A DNA stretch of 63,017 nucleotides, the filler included, from Sphacelaria rigidula (lineage: Eukaryota), in NCBI GenBank assembly GCA_964200075.2. It is 6 parts of 6 records of this genome, joined end to end, with 100 filler letters (N's around TTAATTAATTAA, not from the genome) between each part and the next. Parts side by side here need not be neighbours in the genome. Positions count along the whole stretch, not along the records: positions 42,082 to 52,499 come from CAXNAA020006525.1; positions 52,600 to 63,017 come from CAXNAA020006526.1; 4 more parts are not named here. One strand, written 5' to 3'. The position numbers were made by a program, and so were the translations under genes. Below, in pieces: positions 48,337 to 60,804 of this stretch. How positions within the stretch are numbered: the first letter of the stretch is position 1; every line of letters begins with the position of its first letter. The notes under the pieces are model-generated. The model ran no database searches, had not been told where the DNA came from, and worked only from the letters and a program-made list of their open reading frames with translations.

Positions 48337-51300
48337 TATTGATGCGAGAGCAGCAAATGCAGGTAGACAAGCTATTGTCGGCTGTTCGCTGCTGTTGAGC
48401 ATGATAAGATGCGGTCTTGGATTTCGTCCCAAGGACTCTCCGTACGGGTTCCTGCGGGAATCGGTATTCTGTATTTCACGGCGTCCTCGGCCTCAAAATA
48501 GGAAGCTGCCAGACCGTGTCTTATTTTGATTTTTCAGATGGTTGATAACATGAATGCCGTGGACGTACCAGGTACGAGCAAACTCAATTCCACCGTACGT
48601 TTCGACTCGAAGACAATTTGGTAAGACACGGCCTCACCCGCCGTCAGGTGTTGGACACTTTGACCCTGACCTTGCCTCAGACCGTGTCTTATCAAAATGT
48701 TTTCGTGTCGAAAACGTGTGGTAAAATCGAATTTGCTCGTCTCTGATTCGTCCACGCTATTTATTTTCTCAGATGGTTGAGAACATGGATGCCGTGGACG
48801 TATCAGTTACGAGCAAACTCAATTCCACCGTACGTTTTCGAGTCGAAAACAATTTGGTAAGAGACGGCCTTATCGAGACAAAACAGAAGCAGAAGCAGAA
48901 ACAGGAACCAAGGAACAAGAATCACGTTCATTGGTCGCTGCGATACCACCCGCCCCCCAAAAAAAACAAGCGGCAGCACCATTTATTTTTTCTTGGCAGC
49001 GGCACGTTTAAAAATATATATATTTTTTATTTTTTGCGGCTGTTCGCCATTTTTTTCCGGCTGTTCGCCATGAAGGGCGGCGACATAAACCAGAGGCGCA
49101 ATGACCCTTGGCGTGCACACCGGTCACCTGTCGCACAGCCTAGGAGCTGTTCAAAAATCGGCAATTAAAATGCTGGCAGAACTTTCCCCGTTTTTTCATC
49201 TTCTGACAGTTTGTTACTGAAAATGCCAGTTCGGCCAAAAGTAAAACTGCGGCCAGCGGGAGATGCAAGGTTGCCCTAGAACGGCCTCAACGAGCAGAGC
49301 AAATCGTTCCAAGGCGTCAACATCCGCCTAGCTCTCTTTTCGGGCGTAAAACGACGGAGAAGAAGAGCCCAAAAGACACTTTTCGACAGGAGTTTTGAAC
49401 GACTTCTATTAGAGTCGGTCCGAGGACGACGTCTTTGCTTCGGGAAAATCGGTTCAGACTTGAGTGAGGCACGATCAGTTCTGTCAGACGGGCGCCCTGT
49501 AACACACCCCGAAATGGTCAACGTGTGTGCCTTTTGTTGCACACACACGGCCGGCCCTCTTCCGATGCCGAACAGATTTGCCGTGAAACAAGGGGCACTG
49601 GTATAGGATGGCAAGAGCTAGCGCCAGGCTGCTGCACTTGTGCCGTAGACGTCTGTGCGTGTGCTTGGGATGTGTTGTGAAGGTGTGACGTGTTTCAGTC
49701 ATGTGTTCCAGTCATGCACACCCTTTTGAGAATTCAATACCTGTCTCCGATTGCGTTTAGTACTGAAAGAGTCCTCGCTCTTTCCACAAAGCCAGTTTCG
49801 TGAATCATCTTTGTTGGGACCCAAGATGTTTTTTGTGGACCGGCAAGCTTCTCCTGTCTCGATAAGAGACCCTGCCTATGCATCACCTCTCGAAGAGAAG
49901 TAAGTCTACCTATCTTGTCTGATTCGCTGAGGCGACCTGACGAACTGTACGTAAATAATGGTTGGTACAATGGAGATGCCGTCAATTCTAACGCTAACCC
50001 TAACCCTAACCCCGACCAAGGCATACCGAGAACCCTCGGGCAAGGGAGTGCAGAATGTCCCCTAGGCGAAGTGTGCGTTACCAGAGCTCAAATCGACGCC
50101 TTCGAGCCGATTTTGGACGAAAACACGTTCTGTACGAGCTGGGTCTACTGCTCACCACTGCTCACCTGCCCCAGACCATGAATCTTCTTAGAACTTTGTT
50201 CAGTCTGAAATCAAGTAAAATCGAGTACCAACCATTGTTTACGTACAGTTCGTAAGGTCTACTGGGATCGCTAGGCTCCTAGGTCTTGAAAAAAAACTCC
50301 AGTAGAGTTTACCACTCGGTTGTTGACGGATATATCTCGGAATTTTCGGGTTTGTGGACAGGTGCGTATTGGATTTTAGTGTGAAAACCGAAATCCGGAT
50401 CTTTGGAGGGGGCTATGCTCCTGGCGTGCTCCTAGCGTGCGCAGAACGCGTTTTTGTCTGAATCGGCGCCCCAGGCGCCGATTCGAGGTCTGCCAACGCA
50501 CACTTCGCCTAGGGAACATGTTGCACCCTCCTTGCCCGAGGGTTCTCGGTATGTCTTCGTTGGGGTCGGGGTTAGGGTTAGGGTGTTGTTCGAAATGCAT
50601 CAGCACCTGCACAAACCATAAATTTACGATATCTGTCAACTACCGAGTGGTGAACTCACCTAAAAAATATGGCAAGAAGTTGGTGATGAAACAGATGCAA
50701 AAGCGATTCAAGACAACTGTGCAAAATTCGCAGCAGACCCCTTCCCGCTTCGGAGCAGTCTGAAGCACCACCATGAAACTCTAAAACATCCAAGGAAACA
50801 TGAATGCTTCCTACCAGGACGAGGCCTGCACCGGAGAAAAGAGCAATAATGGGCTTTTGCTCTTTTACTGCATGGAGCTAGTCCGCCTGTTTGTCATTTC
50901 TCTCATGTGTTTGGTAAAGGCGCTATCAGTGCGTGGAGGTTTGCATATGTCCTAAAGAGCGACGGGGGAAATGGTGTTAATAGTACTCGAGAGTGACTGA
51001 TGATGTTTCTAGTGCTGGATGTGTCGGCTGTGTTGGATGTGTGATGCAACAAGATATCGATCCGGGCATGCTACAGGTACGTGCTTTTTGACGAAGGCTA
51101 TTCTCACGTCTGTTCGCTGTTATGTGATTCCCCGCGGATTTCGCTCCTGCCTGTTGCGGGCTGTCGCTGACATGACACAGGACCCCAGCAAACAACAACA
51201 ACAACAACAGCGGCAGCAGCAAATTCAGCTGTGCGTGGACGGGTATGTCCAGCAAGCGATACAGCAACAACAGGCAGCCCTCCAGGCTCCACCGTTGCGC

Positions 51301-52201
51301 TTTGCTCAGCAAATCCCTGCCAGCGCTGCGACGACTCCAAACAGCATAGGAAATGGCGGTACGTGTTTTTTGTGTTGAAGTGAACCTTTGGTGCGTCAGA
51401 TAGATATGTTGGTCATTTCTCAGTGACTGTTGTGCACGATTTCCGGAGAGGAGGCGTGAGAGGGCGGCGTCTCTTCCTAACTAGGAGTACTCACTGCCAT
51501 ACGCGCAACATGCAAGAATGAAATGTGGGGCATCACGATTCCGAGGCCGTTCACGTCACATCACGTCTGGTACTGCACAATCAAGTTTTGAAAACGAAAA
51601 TGTAGGTGGTAGGTAGCCTGCGTTTTTTGTTTTGCTGTCAAGCCAGAGCTCCGAAGGCATGGTGGACGCAGTTTGCCCCCAAGAAGGGCAGTGGCGTCCC
51701 TACATTGCGTTGTTGGCCTTTGATGATTGTCAGGCTCTCGCAGTTTACAGATGATCTTAGTCCCCCACATCGTGTCCCCGTTCTGCGTGCCCTTACGGCA
51801 ATTCAATTCCACGGCAAAGCTTGCATATGGACGACATCCTCTCTTTTCTGATTCGCGTACCTACTCCCTACCCCCGGCCGTCGCCCCCGCTCCCGTTGTG
51901 TGTGCCTGTCCCTTGTGAAATTCAATCGAACGGTGTTGGGATCTTGATAACGTCAGACCAAGATTCGATTGCCAGGTTGCTGTCGGTCAGCAGCAGCGGG
52001 GACAGCGAGTACCTGGGGAGTTTGTCTGAAGTTACGTCAGGGTGCTGCGGAGGTGCGCTCGCTGCAGCTGCTTCCAACAGCAACAGCAGCAGCAACAGCA
52101 GCATCAACAGCAGACATGATATGGCCACTGTTTCGTCCACATCCTCCATGAGCGCTGACCCCAGCAGGGTGGTGCGGGATTTCTCGGCCTTGTCGAGACC
52201 A
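42733..52201 (+). CDS. MYB3R: R1R2R3 (three-repeat) MYB transcription factor, partial, multi-exon, with Gln-rich C-terminal region
   Basis: Phase-consistent exons 42733-42833, 43504-43717, 44514-44594, 46028-46144, 47126-47296, 48108-48362, 51181-51358 and 51957-52201. Translation: AVEKLGERNWRYVAQIVGTRTHVQCQQRWKKALRPGLVKGAWSVEEDENL...NWSELA...GRTAKQCRERWCHHLDPSVNHGNWTAEEDQQLKTLQGRLGTRWAAIAREMPGRTEHAVKGRVK, then a basic stretch and poly-Q. Start and stop are off-contig. Confidence 0.9.
46735..47085 (+). mobile_element. tRNA-derived SINE (family 1) in a MYB intron
   Basis: B-box GGTTCAAATC at 46767-46776; body matches 10973-11330; (CA)n tail. Confidence 0.7.
48536..48870. repeat. ~100-bp unit arranged direct/inverted/direct
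   Basis: agatggttga...tacgagcaaactcaattccaccgtacg at 48536 and 48771; reverse-complement copy at ~48679-48757. Confidence 0.8.
49988..50584. repeat. Inverted repeat bounded by (CCCTAA)n ... (TTAGGG)n
   Basis: The left arm ctaaccctaaccctaaccccgacc...ggcataccgagaaccctcgggcaaggg is mirrored at ~50440-50584; solo arms at 27660-27810 and 29780-29900. Confidence 0.8.
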
Positions 52202-52499
52202 GTGAGTGCTATTGCCACTTTGTCCGTTTCGGTCTGTTTTGGTCTGTTTTGGTCTGTTTTGGTCCGTTGGCCGCCTGTGCTTGATCTCATTCGATACAGG
52301 TCACGCCCTTTGATTTTGTGTTTTCTTGTCTCTGTTTTTTTCAAGCGAGAGGTGTTCCGTTTTCATGGGTTGTCTGTGTGGATAACTCGGTAACTCGCTG
52401 TCTAATTCCGTTTCATGTATTGCCCCCCCACCTCCGTGTTAGACACCCATGAGACCGTGTATAAGCTGTGGCTGTCTCTGGAAGTGGCGATACCAGAAA

Positions 52500-52599
52500 N
52501 NNNNNNNNNNNNNNNNNNNNNNNNNNNNNNNNNNNNNNNNNNNTTAATTAATTAANNNNNNNNNNNNNNNNNNNNNNNNNNNNNNNNNNNNNNNNNNNN
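52500..52599. other. Artificial contig spacer
   Basis: N44-TTAATTAATTAA-N44. Confidence 0.99.
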
Positions 52600-55500
52600 G
52601 ATTCGTCACGAGTCGACTCATTATACTAAAACCAAGTAATTTACAGACGAATCATTATTTGTCCGACCCTTGAACTATTTCACAATTCTGTGAGACTATA
52701 AAACGGTCCCCACGGATCTGACCCGCAAAGATGAGTCCCCCCGATTATGCACGGATAGGGGTCTCCACATAATCGTGATTCGTCCCTGCATACCAGTCAA
52801 CATACTTTTGTGTTTCGGTAGGATTCGAAACGGGTCGGTGTGCGGGAAGATTTGCCAGCGCTTCATCATTTTCCTCTCATCCGCGATTCTCTCCTTTGTT
52901 TATCCCGCTGAGACCTGGGCCAAGAGGCACTGATATGGCAGAATTTCAGTTTCCATCTTCTTGACCTGTTCGCTCTTCCTGGAGAAAATGTTTTGTTAAG
53001 CCGCATTGCCAAGCCCTGTCCGCCTCCCCTTTCCCCCTTTCTTCGTCTTTGAGGGGTTGTTAACGGCTAATTGTTTTCCCGCGAGGCGTAAAGCTCGCGC
53101 CCTCGGAGTTGCTCCGCATTGACTTTTTTTCATCTGGTCTCTTGTGACCCGTGCACTATCGAAGATATTCTTTACATACACGATAGCGATCTTGAACTTT
53201 TCCTACGTTGGCACAGAGTACGTCCTGTGCGTTATTCTGCACTCCGCACTGTGGATTACTTCTCCGCCCCTACCTGCGCGTGTGTGCATTGCAGTCCAAC
53301 AGTAGTAGTGGATGATAAGCAGGAATACAAAATACTAAGATGTCACATAACAGTGACAAAAGTGTGGCGGGAAAAAATGACGAGAAAAATGGTGGACCCC
53401 ATATCACCCGCCGTATTGTTGCCCGAACTTTTTCCCTGTTAATATCAACCCTTTGAGGGCCCGCAGATCGGACACGAGTCTCCTCAAAGATCACTTTTCA
53501 AAGAACGTGATTCAGATAGACCCACCGGACGTATACTGTGTATCCATGTCCGTGGGCGGTGAAGGGGTCAACTATTACTCGTAAAGTTTGTTCGAATGGT
53601 CTCCGCCTAGGATGATGTGGAGGAGGTTGGCGCCCAGTGCTTGAGACCATTTCACCCCAGAGTAGGTCATCATCTACTGAATCAGCATCGTATTCACGGC
53701 TTGAGAGATGGCTGTGGATCCATGAGTGTTTGTCCCATCCTTGTCGTCAATAAGGGCTTACCAATCTTTGCCGCGAGTGCCAGGAATTGACGCCGTACCA
53801 TATTAACCAGTGAAACATGAATTTGGGGAGAAAAAAATAGAAAGCCCCTTTGGATGAACGGAAGCACATGAGGGGAACATGAATGGGGATGGTATTCGTG
53901 GAGAGGACCTGCTCAGCTAGCTGATATACATGACGTCCGGGTAACCGGCGTTGAAGACCAAACTGTAGTATTGCTCCGAAAAGCCGCCTCGCGCCCCAAG
54001 AATTTAGCCCCTGACCGCCAGGGTGGTTTATCTGTGGCTGTGGCCCATCTTTACTTGGAAACTGACTACGATGCAGATTACCAATCCTGGCGATGGAAGG
54101 TTGGATCGTTTGACCACGGAGCAGTCATTCTCCATTTGAATCCAGATATACCAATACACCACTCTCTATGTTGATCTTCGCATACGGTCCTCCTACGAGT
54201 GTAACGATCGAACAAACAATGGGCGTTATAAAGGGTCGCAACCTTCCCTGACTGTGAAAGGGTCGAGCATTGTCTTATAACAAATCCATGATCCTCACTA
54301 TCTCTTCTTCCTTTATATTTCGGAGAGGCGGTCAAGGTGTGACGTGCTTCGGGTCTTCTACATCTCCGAATTCCTTAGCTCTCATCTCGCGTTCTGGTGT
54401 GAATGCGTTCTACGCGAATGTTATCCCGCAGATTTCTTTGCTGACTACGGTTGGTGTGGCCACCACCTTCCAGCTCCAGCGTTGGTGTTCCCGCGCTCTT
54501 TCGGCATATTAACACAACGCGCTGAATCCTGATTATTTCCGTATTTGTGGAATGCTTTTGCAAAGGAGCCGAACTCCCGAACCCCCCAATCGTTGAGACC
54601 GCGCGTGGTTGCGGAGACGGTTCGATGGCTCCGTCTCTTGTCGAGGCATCCAAACTTGAATAGATCGTAGAACACAAAAACAGTGACTACTAGAACTGCC
54701 TCTTGATCGCGCAACTGCACTACAGTAGATCGACAGTTCGCGATACTTTTGTGCGGAACATTATCGCGTGTGTGTTCTCCAGCGGACGCACATTTCCCAC
54801 TGAGTTGTGTTTTTGGTCTTGTCCAAAGGCTGACTCTACGTGCGATCGTTCAAGGTAGCGCCGTTTCGCCTTTGTTTCATCAGCGTATGTTGGTTGTCGC
54901 TCGACTCCCTCTTGTACTGACTGTAAGAGCACAGCACAGCATCCGATGTTACTCTTCATCTCACGATGTATGTGAACCTTGCGGCCTTCACCCGCATCGC
55001 TTAGTTAACTGCCATTAATCCGTGACAAAAGGGGGCTGTTGTTGTGATAACGTCATGGACGAGCCATTACCTTCGGAACGCCCGCTAGGAGGGGGTGGGG
55101 GGACAAGTCGGCAATCGTTGCCCGAAAGAGACTCCTACGAGTAACAAGTCAGTGAACACGCACACACAAACACCCAACAACGTGGGATAGCTCTCGTGAC
55201 AATTCCGCTATTTTAGGTTTTACATCGATGAACGACAGCTTGTCAGCATTTTACGAACTCGACATTGCTCGGAGAAATTCCTCATCCCCTTCTTTGTACG
55301 TTCAACACTATTGGCCAAACAAACCCGCCACCACCTAGGGCGACAAGGCTCCTTTGCTTGCAGGGCTGCGATCACTCTCTATGAGCTCTGCGGCGTCAGC
55401 CATCGGTGCGTAGTTAAGTATTTATGTACAAAATGATACATCGTCATTATTTCATGAAAACTTCACCGAATGAAGTGGTGGGTTGCGTACTGCAGCGACC

Positions 55501-55649
55501 CCTCAAGAAGAAAGTCGTCGCTCTGCGTCAATTGAAGGGGTGGTTTCGGTATGACATAGACTGCGTGATATGGATGAGTACTTTTCATCCACGATGCGTG
55601 TTCAACACACGAGACCACCCCCAGGGCTTCGATGAAAACGTTCACGGTT

Positions 55650-55905
55650 AGGACGAATCATCACGGGTTCGAATCATCTAGTCCACGATTTCATCGGCCT
55701 GATTGCCCAAAAGGGAGGAAAAGTTGACCTGCCGGTCCAAGGGGTATCCACGCAACGTTTGCGCCATTCCACGTGTCTGGGCTGCGTGTACCTGGGTTGC
55801 AACGCTAAAAAAAACAAAGCCTAGGGATTGATTCGTACGATTCGAATCAATCACACTAGAACCGAGTAAATTCCAGACGAATCATTGATTTGTCCGACCC
55901 TTGAA
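55650..55905. mobile_element. Terminus of the GAATC-rich element family (also 52600-52680)
   Basis: cagacgaatcatt..tttgtccgacccttgaa is reverse-complementary to the 7484 terminus. Confidence 0.55.
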
Positions 55906-57811
55906 AAGGATCAATGCTACGGGCGACGACTTCACTACACGATTCTATGACGAGATCGAGCGAGCGTCATCGTGCATGTGCATATTGTTGTTCGGCACCC
56001 ACGTCTTATTTTGGACTACCTGACGGCGGTCGGGAAAGGTGGGAGGAAGTAGATGTGTGCTATAGCATTTGAGGAGCGAATTCCTTTCACGTACGAGTAA
56101 AATAGCACAGCCTTCAACTTGTAATTCAGCCATGAAGGGGATACATTCACATTGGAACCGCCAAGGCATATCTTGTATCATCCGTGTCTTGCATTTCATG
56201 TTTCAAATGAACATGATGCCAATGCAACACATGACCCACCCCTGGCAGCTAAATCGGAATATTCCCAATCGAGGAAATATGAGTTTTGTGGAAGTTGAAA
56301 ACCCCTGGAGTACCTGACCCCCCAGCAGGGACACTGATAATACTGTAAATGTGCGTGAAAGCAGTCGTTGTGTGCTATAGAAACAGCAAAGTTTTGTGAG
56401 CAAGGCTTTGCGAACCTCGCAATACGCGATTCGTTGTTTTAGGTAGGCATGACGCTCGCAATTAGGGAGTTGGTTTACCGGCTGTAAAATCGAGCCAGTT
56501 ATACTATTGCGAAAGGGGGTCCGCCGCTCCAGATCCTCTCATTGGCGATTCTCGAGGGAGCAGTGCCAACTGGTGGGGGCACATCGACAAATTTCTCAAC
56601 CCTACCCCTACTGTTTGTAGCCAAACGAGTCAGGAAACTTTTGAGGAACGTAGCACCCATAAATTTTGCTCCTATGCACACTGCCACAATGTATCATTAA
56701 TAGCGCTCGAGTGCAACACACAGATGCCAGACACTAGTGGTACCCCGCAATGAATGATGTAGAGGTGTTGTTTCCCACCTACAAAGGGAGAGCGAGGCCC
56801 CGGGAAGGGAGCGAGCGACCAAAGAGTTTTCACAGAAGCAAAGACCATGGATGCGGTGAAGTCGAGAAGCAAAAATGAGAACAAGAAGAGCGGTAGACTT
56901 GGCCTCTTGCGGTAAATCATACCCATCGTTCATCCCGTTCCCGATCGGGGGAGGCACGTGGATGTGGAAAGGGCCATCGATTCACGACTTTTCAAGGCGG
57001 AGTATGAGCGTCTTTGGACATGTGTACAAGCCGATTGGTTCGGAGGGGGGAGGGAGGGGGGGGCACTAGCGGCCACTGACAGGAACCCTTCGGCCGCACC
57101 TTTACCTCTTGAGTGCCAGCGAGGGCGGTGGTCCCTGCAACCCACCATGAATGAACGCCATATCACCCACAATTTATCATACACACGTCATCGGATGTGG
57201 TTCGCAAATGATCGATGAATCATATCAGAGTGGTCTATGGAGATACGTGACTCAAGATCGGTTAGCCCGATCGCCCCATCTCCGCACCGACATCGTGGGA
57301 ACGAAAACCTGCAAAACGACATCTGTGAAACAGACTGCTTTGAAAATCGCGAAATATGCTTTGACTGTGATCACTGTTCGAGGCCGGGGGGGAGGGGGGG
57401 AGGGGATTTGCGATCCCCAAAAGCTTGCGATGGCATTTTTGCAGGCGTCTTGAAAAAAAATAGGGAAGCCAGGCACCAACGGAGGGAGTTTCAGCTTGTA
57501 GAAGTCAAGTACGTAGTGTGTTTTAATGGTGAACCCTTTTTTCCGTGCTGCGCGGAAATATATGTTCAACTTGACCGTTGTGATTGGGGTCTTCAAAACG
57601 ATCACTGTATGCTGACGTATACGCTCGACACCAGTTCTTGTGAAATTACGGACATCGTATATATGTATGGTATAGCTATTGCTGGTCGCGTCAAGGTTCG
57701 GGACAACCGATGTGTGTGAAGGGTGACGTGGATGGGCATAGGGGAAGTTGTCACGCGAGCCTTGAAGCCAAGCATACGGCGTATGCGGCAGACTGATCGT
57801 CATCGTGTACC

Positions 57812-58075
57812 AGACACTTTCTGCGATAGCCCCCCCCCAAAAAAATCAAGTGGCTAGTTTGGGGAGACAAATCTACACGTGAATCGAAATGAAAAAAAGT
57901 CGAGCACAACGAGCAGCTGGGAATTCCCACGATGGGGTTCGTTTTCGTCAGTGTCACCAATATAAGGCGCTTCATGCAGCCTGAAACCAAACATGTGATG
58001 TTGTATGACCATTTTCTTCGTGACAGTTTTAGCTGGGTTTTTGGGGGGGGGTAGGGGGGTATCGTAGAAAGACTC
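57812..58075. mobile_element. MITE (CACTTTCTACGATAGCCCC TIR family)
   Basis: Colinear with 36641-36884. Confidence 0.8.
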
Positions 58076-59733
58076 ATCAGTACAACAAGACTGCCGAACA
58101 AATCAGACCATGGAGCATATCTAGAGCGCAGTCGCCATCCCCCCCTACCCCCCCCTACCCCCTACCCCCCTTGTCTCCCACGCCACTCTGCTTACGTGGC
58201 TCCTTCACCGCCAGCGATTGAACCGTGAACATTGTGTTGGCGAGGCTTGTTTTGCCGCACCATCAACACATCAACATTGAAGGGCTTGTGGTGTCAGTGG
58301 TTGTGCTGAGGCGAAACAGATATAGTCGCCAATGCTTTCCGAATACTTGAACACCTTTGAATATTCAAGGGCTATGTGGGGTGTAACATCGCCCACCCCA
58401 ACTAGCAGACCGCGGCTCAGGTAGATAGTTCAGAATCGAGACAGTATCAGCAAGGGGAGTAGACTTTTGAGGTGCTTGGAAGAAGGGTACGATACACAAG
58501 TTAATGGCATGAGTGGAGATATACAGTAATGTTGTACAGGGACGAAGTCGCGGCGTACCTATATTACTCGAATCTCGGCGTCTGTTGTTCGATTCCTAGA
58601 CGACGAAAACATCACTGGCCTCATCTTGGCCTTGTTACTACTTCATCACCATGAAACACATGTCGCGCAACGCAACGCGGGACATCTCGAAGTTCGGGTT
58701 CATGTCGGATGGTCGACAACTTGAGACGTACAACGAGTCGCAGCGCTTCCTGAAACCAGGGCAGGAAATGGGGGGAATACACACTCGACAAGAAATGCCA
58801 ACGTCGTGCGCCAGCTGTCGATATTCTTATATTCGAACAACAACAGCATTCACCAGCAGAATAATGGCGGGGGAAAACCCGACATCTCCGCCAAGAATCA
58901 ATAGATACGCTGACTGCAAGAAAAAAATGCTGCAATGGCATCCAGTATCGCATGTATCTCCAAGTGTGTCAAATCGATGTGGGCCCACAATGTGCACAAT
59001 CTGGTGTTTTTGGATTTCAACAACCATCCAACGCACGCGCAGCAGCCTTCGACGATGTTACGCGTGCGCGGGTGAACAGTGAGACCGAGAATTGCTAAAA
59101 CGTGCAATCCGACGCGTATCCAGCGAGTCGACGAGCAAGCACGCGGGTATCATACATACACATGAGCCACTCCAACACAGCTGGACTACTGTAACACAGT
59201 CCCGCAAAAACCCCGCAGCATGCGCGCGCAATGACAGCGTGCAGAAGAAGTTGAACAGGATGAAGAAGACGGACCTAGCTCACCCTACACACGACAACCG
59301 ACCGCTCGGGTGCAAGAACCACATTCATTTTGCGGGGACAGACTCAGCAGCTCACTGGTCTTCATGAACACAACAGGGGTTCCAAAAACACGCCTTGCGG
59401 TAAGCAAGAAGCAAACACTACGTTCTAGCTGTGTGGATTCCTTGCCCACGCGGGACCACGCGAAGAGAAGCCTGAACAAAGCTTCATGTGTACACTTGCC
59501 GATATTTACGATGATCGATCATGTATCACAAACCGGGAAAAAAGCAAAAGAGCGAAATACAAACATAGATAGGTTGCCAGGTTTAAAGTCGGCCAACACT
59601 CTACTACACCAACCCAAGTGAAGGGTTCAGATTGATAAGCAGTTGGCCTGTTAGTGTTCATGTGATGGTATGCTGACTCGAGTCATGTACAGAATGTGAT
59701 TCTTCCAAAGCTAAGTTTGTTTACTCGGCGCAC

Positions 59734-60804
59734 CTGGCCGCTGTCCTTGGTGCTCCAGAATTTCTTGGTGAGGTCCCTGTCCTTTCCGTAGCCAGTGCAG
59801 TGCACCGTGACCTTTTGCCCCCTGTGGTTCAGTTGAAATTGGCAGCCCAAGCCGTCAAAATATCTTGGACTTTATACAATCCAGAAAATCGTAGTCCTGT
59901 CACACAGTCTGCACAACGGCACTGTACTGTACAGTAGTACAGTGCACAGTAACTGCGGTAGTGAGGGTCAGCCAACCACGCATTCCAGCCCGGGATGCGA
60001 AGAAGTGGGAACTACGAATCTCCATGCGCAAAGGTGGCACTCCACGCGTGCCTTCGATGATTCGTTAATTTCTGTTCACGCGAGATCCATAATAGAGAAT
60101 GTATTTGGACAGCGAAGGCCATATATAGACAGTCTGCCTACTAGCACAGCACCAGCCAGTGACAGCAACACACACCATCCCCAACATCAAGAAAGCCTGT
60201 CGCCTAATTCGGGCGAGAGAAATCCAGCAAACACAGTGAAGGCGCTCGATTGAGGTCGTGGGTGCGAGCGAGCACAGCGAGCGAAGTCAACAACACTTCA
60301 CAGAAACACAAAAGATGCAATGCATGTTATTTATATGTGTTCTCCACCTACCTCTATCCCACCCAGGAGGACAGACAGTACACGCCAAGATAAACAACTC
60401 ACCACGAACCATCACAACGGCAGGCATTTGGGGCTAGCTACAACCAAACACACATAATGACCAACACAGATTGGCACCAAGCAGTACATTCGAATATGAC
60501 TACGCCGTCGCTACCCCCCGCATAGAATCAAGCGTGACTCAGGACGGATATCTACAGCACATAACAGATCCATCCACTCGGAACATGGAGACACCCCATC
60601 GACGTAGGCGGGGAAAACTAAAAGATCGCTGTGAGGACTCAACTTCCTCCATACATCCGATGTTCATTACTACAGTCCGGTCGAGTCCCGCCCAGTCCCG
60701 TCCGTACGAGACAGTAGAGACTGCCACTACTGTAAGCACCCTCACCTGGCGGGCTTTCTCGCTCCGGCCGGTGCGGCAACTAGTACTTCTTTCACGACAC
60801 CCAT
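59734..60804 (-). CDS. FKBP12: FKBP12 peptidyl-prolyl cis-trans isomerase, exons 1-2 (3'-partial)
   Basis: Exon 1 60746-60804 (ATG...AG|gtgag) and exon 2 59734-59821 (cag|...CAG|gtgcg) splice to MGVVKEVLVAAPAGARKPARGQKVTVHCTGYGKDRDLTKKFWSTKDSGQ, matching the plant-type FKBP12 signature VTVHCTGxGKxxDLxxKFWSTKDxGQ. Not visible in the ORF track. Confidence 0.92.

Noticed and set aside
49988-50013. True telomere
   Set aside because: Only 2-3 hexamers, internal to an intron and part of a dispersed repeat.
53280-53360. Chromodomain of a Gypsy element (PTVVVDDKQEYKILRCH)
   Set aside because: Only a short resemblance; no integrase or RT motifs recognisable nearby.
59600-59630. FKBP12 exon 3 (EPFTW...)
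   Set aside because: No AG acceptor and no continuation to VIKGWDEG.
12297-60804. Functional cluster of NLR, MYB and FKBP12
   Set aside because: The genes lie on separate, artificially concatenated contigs.
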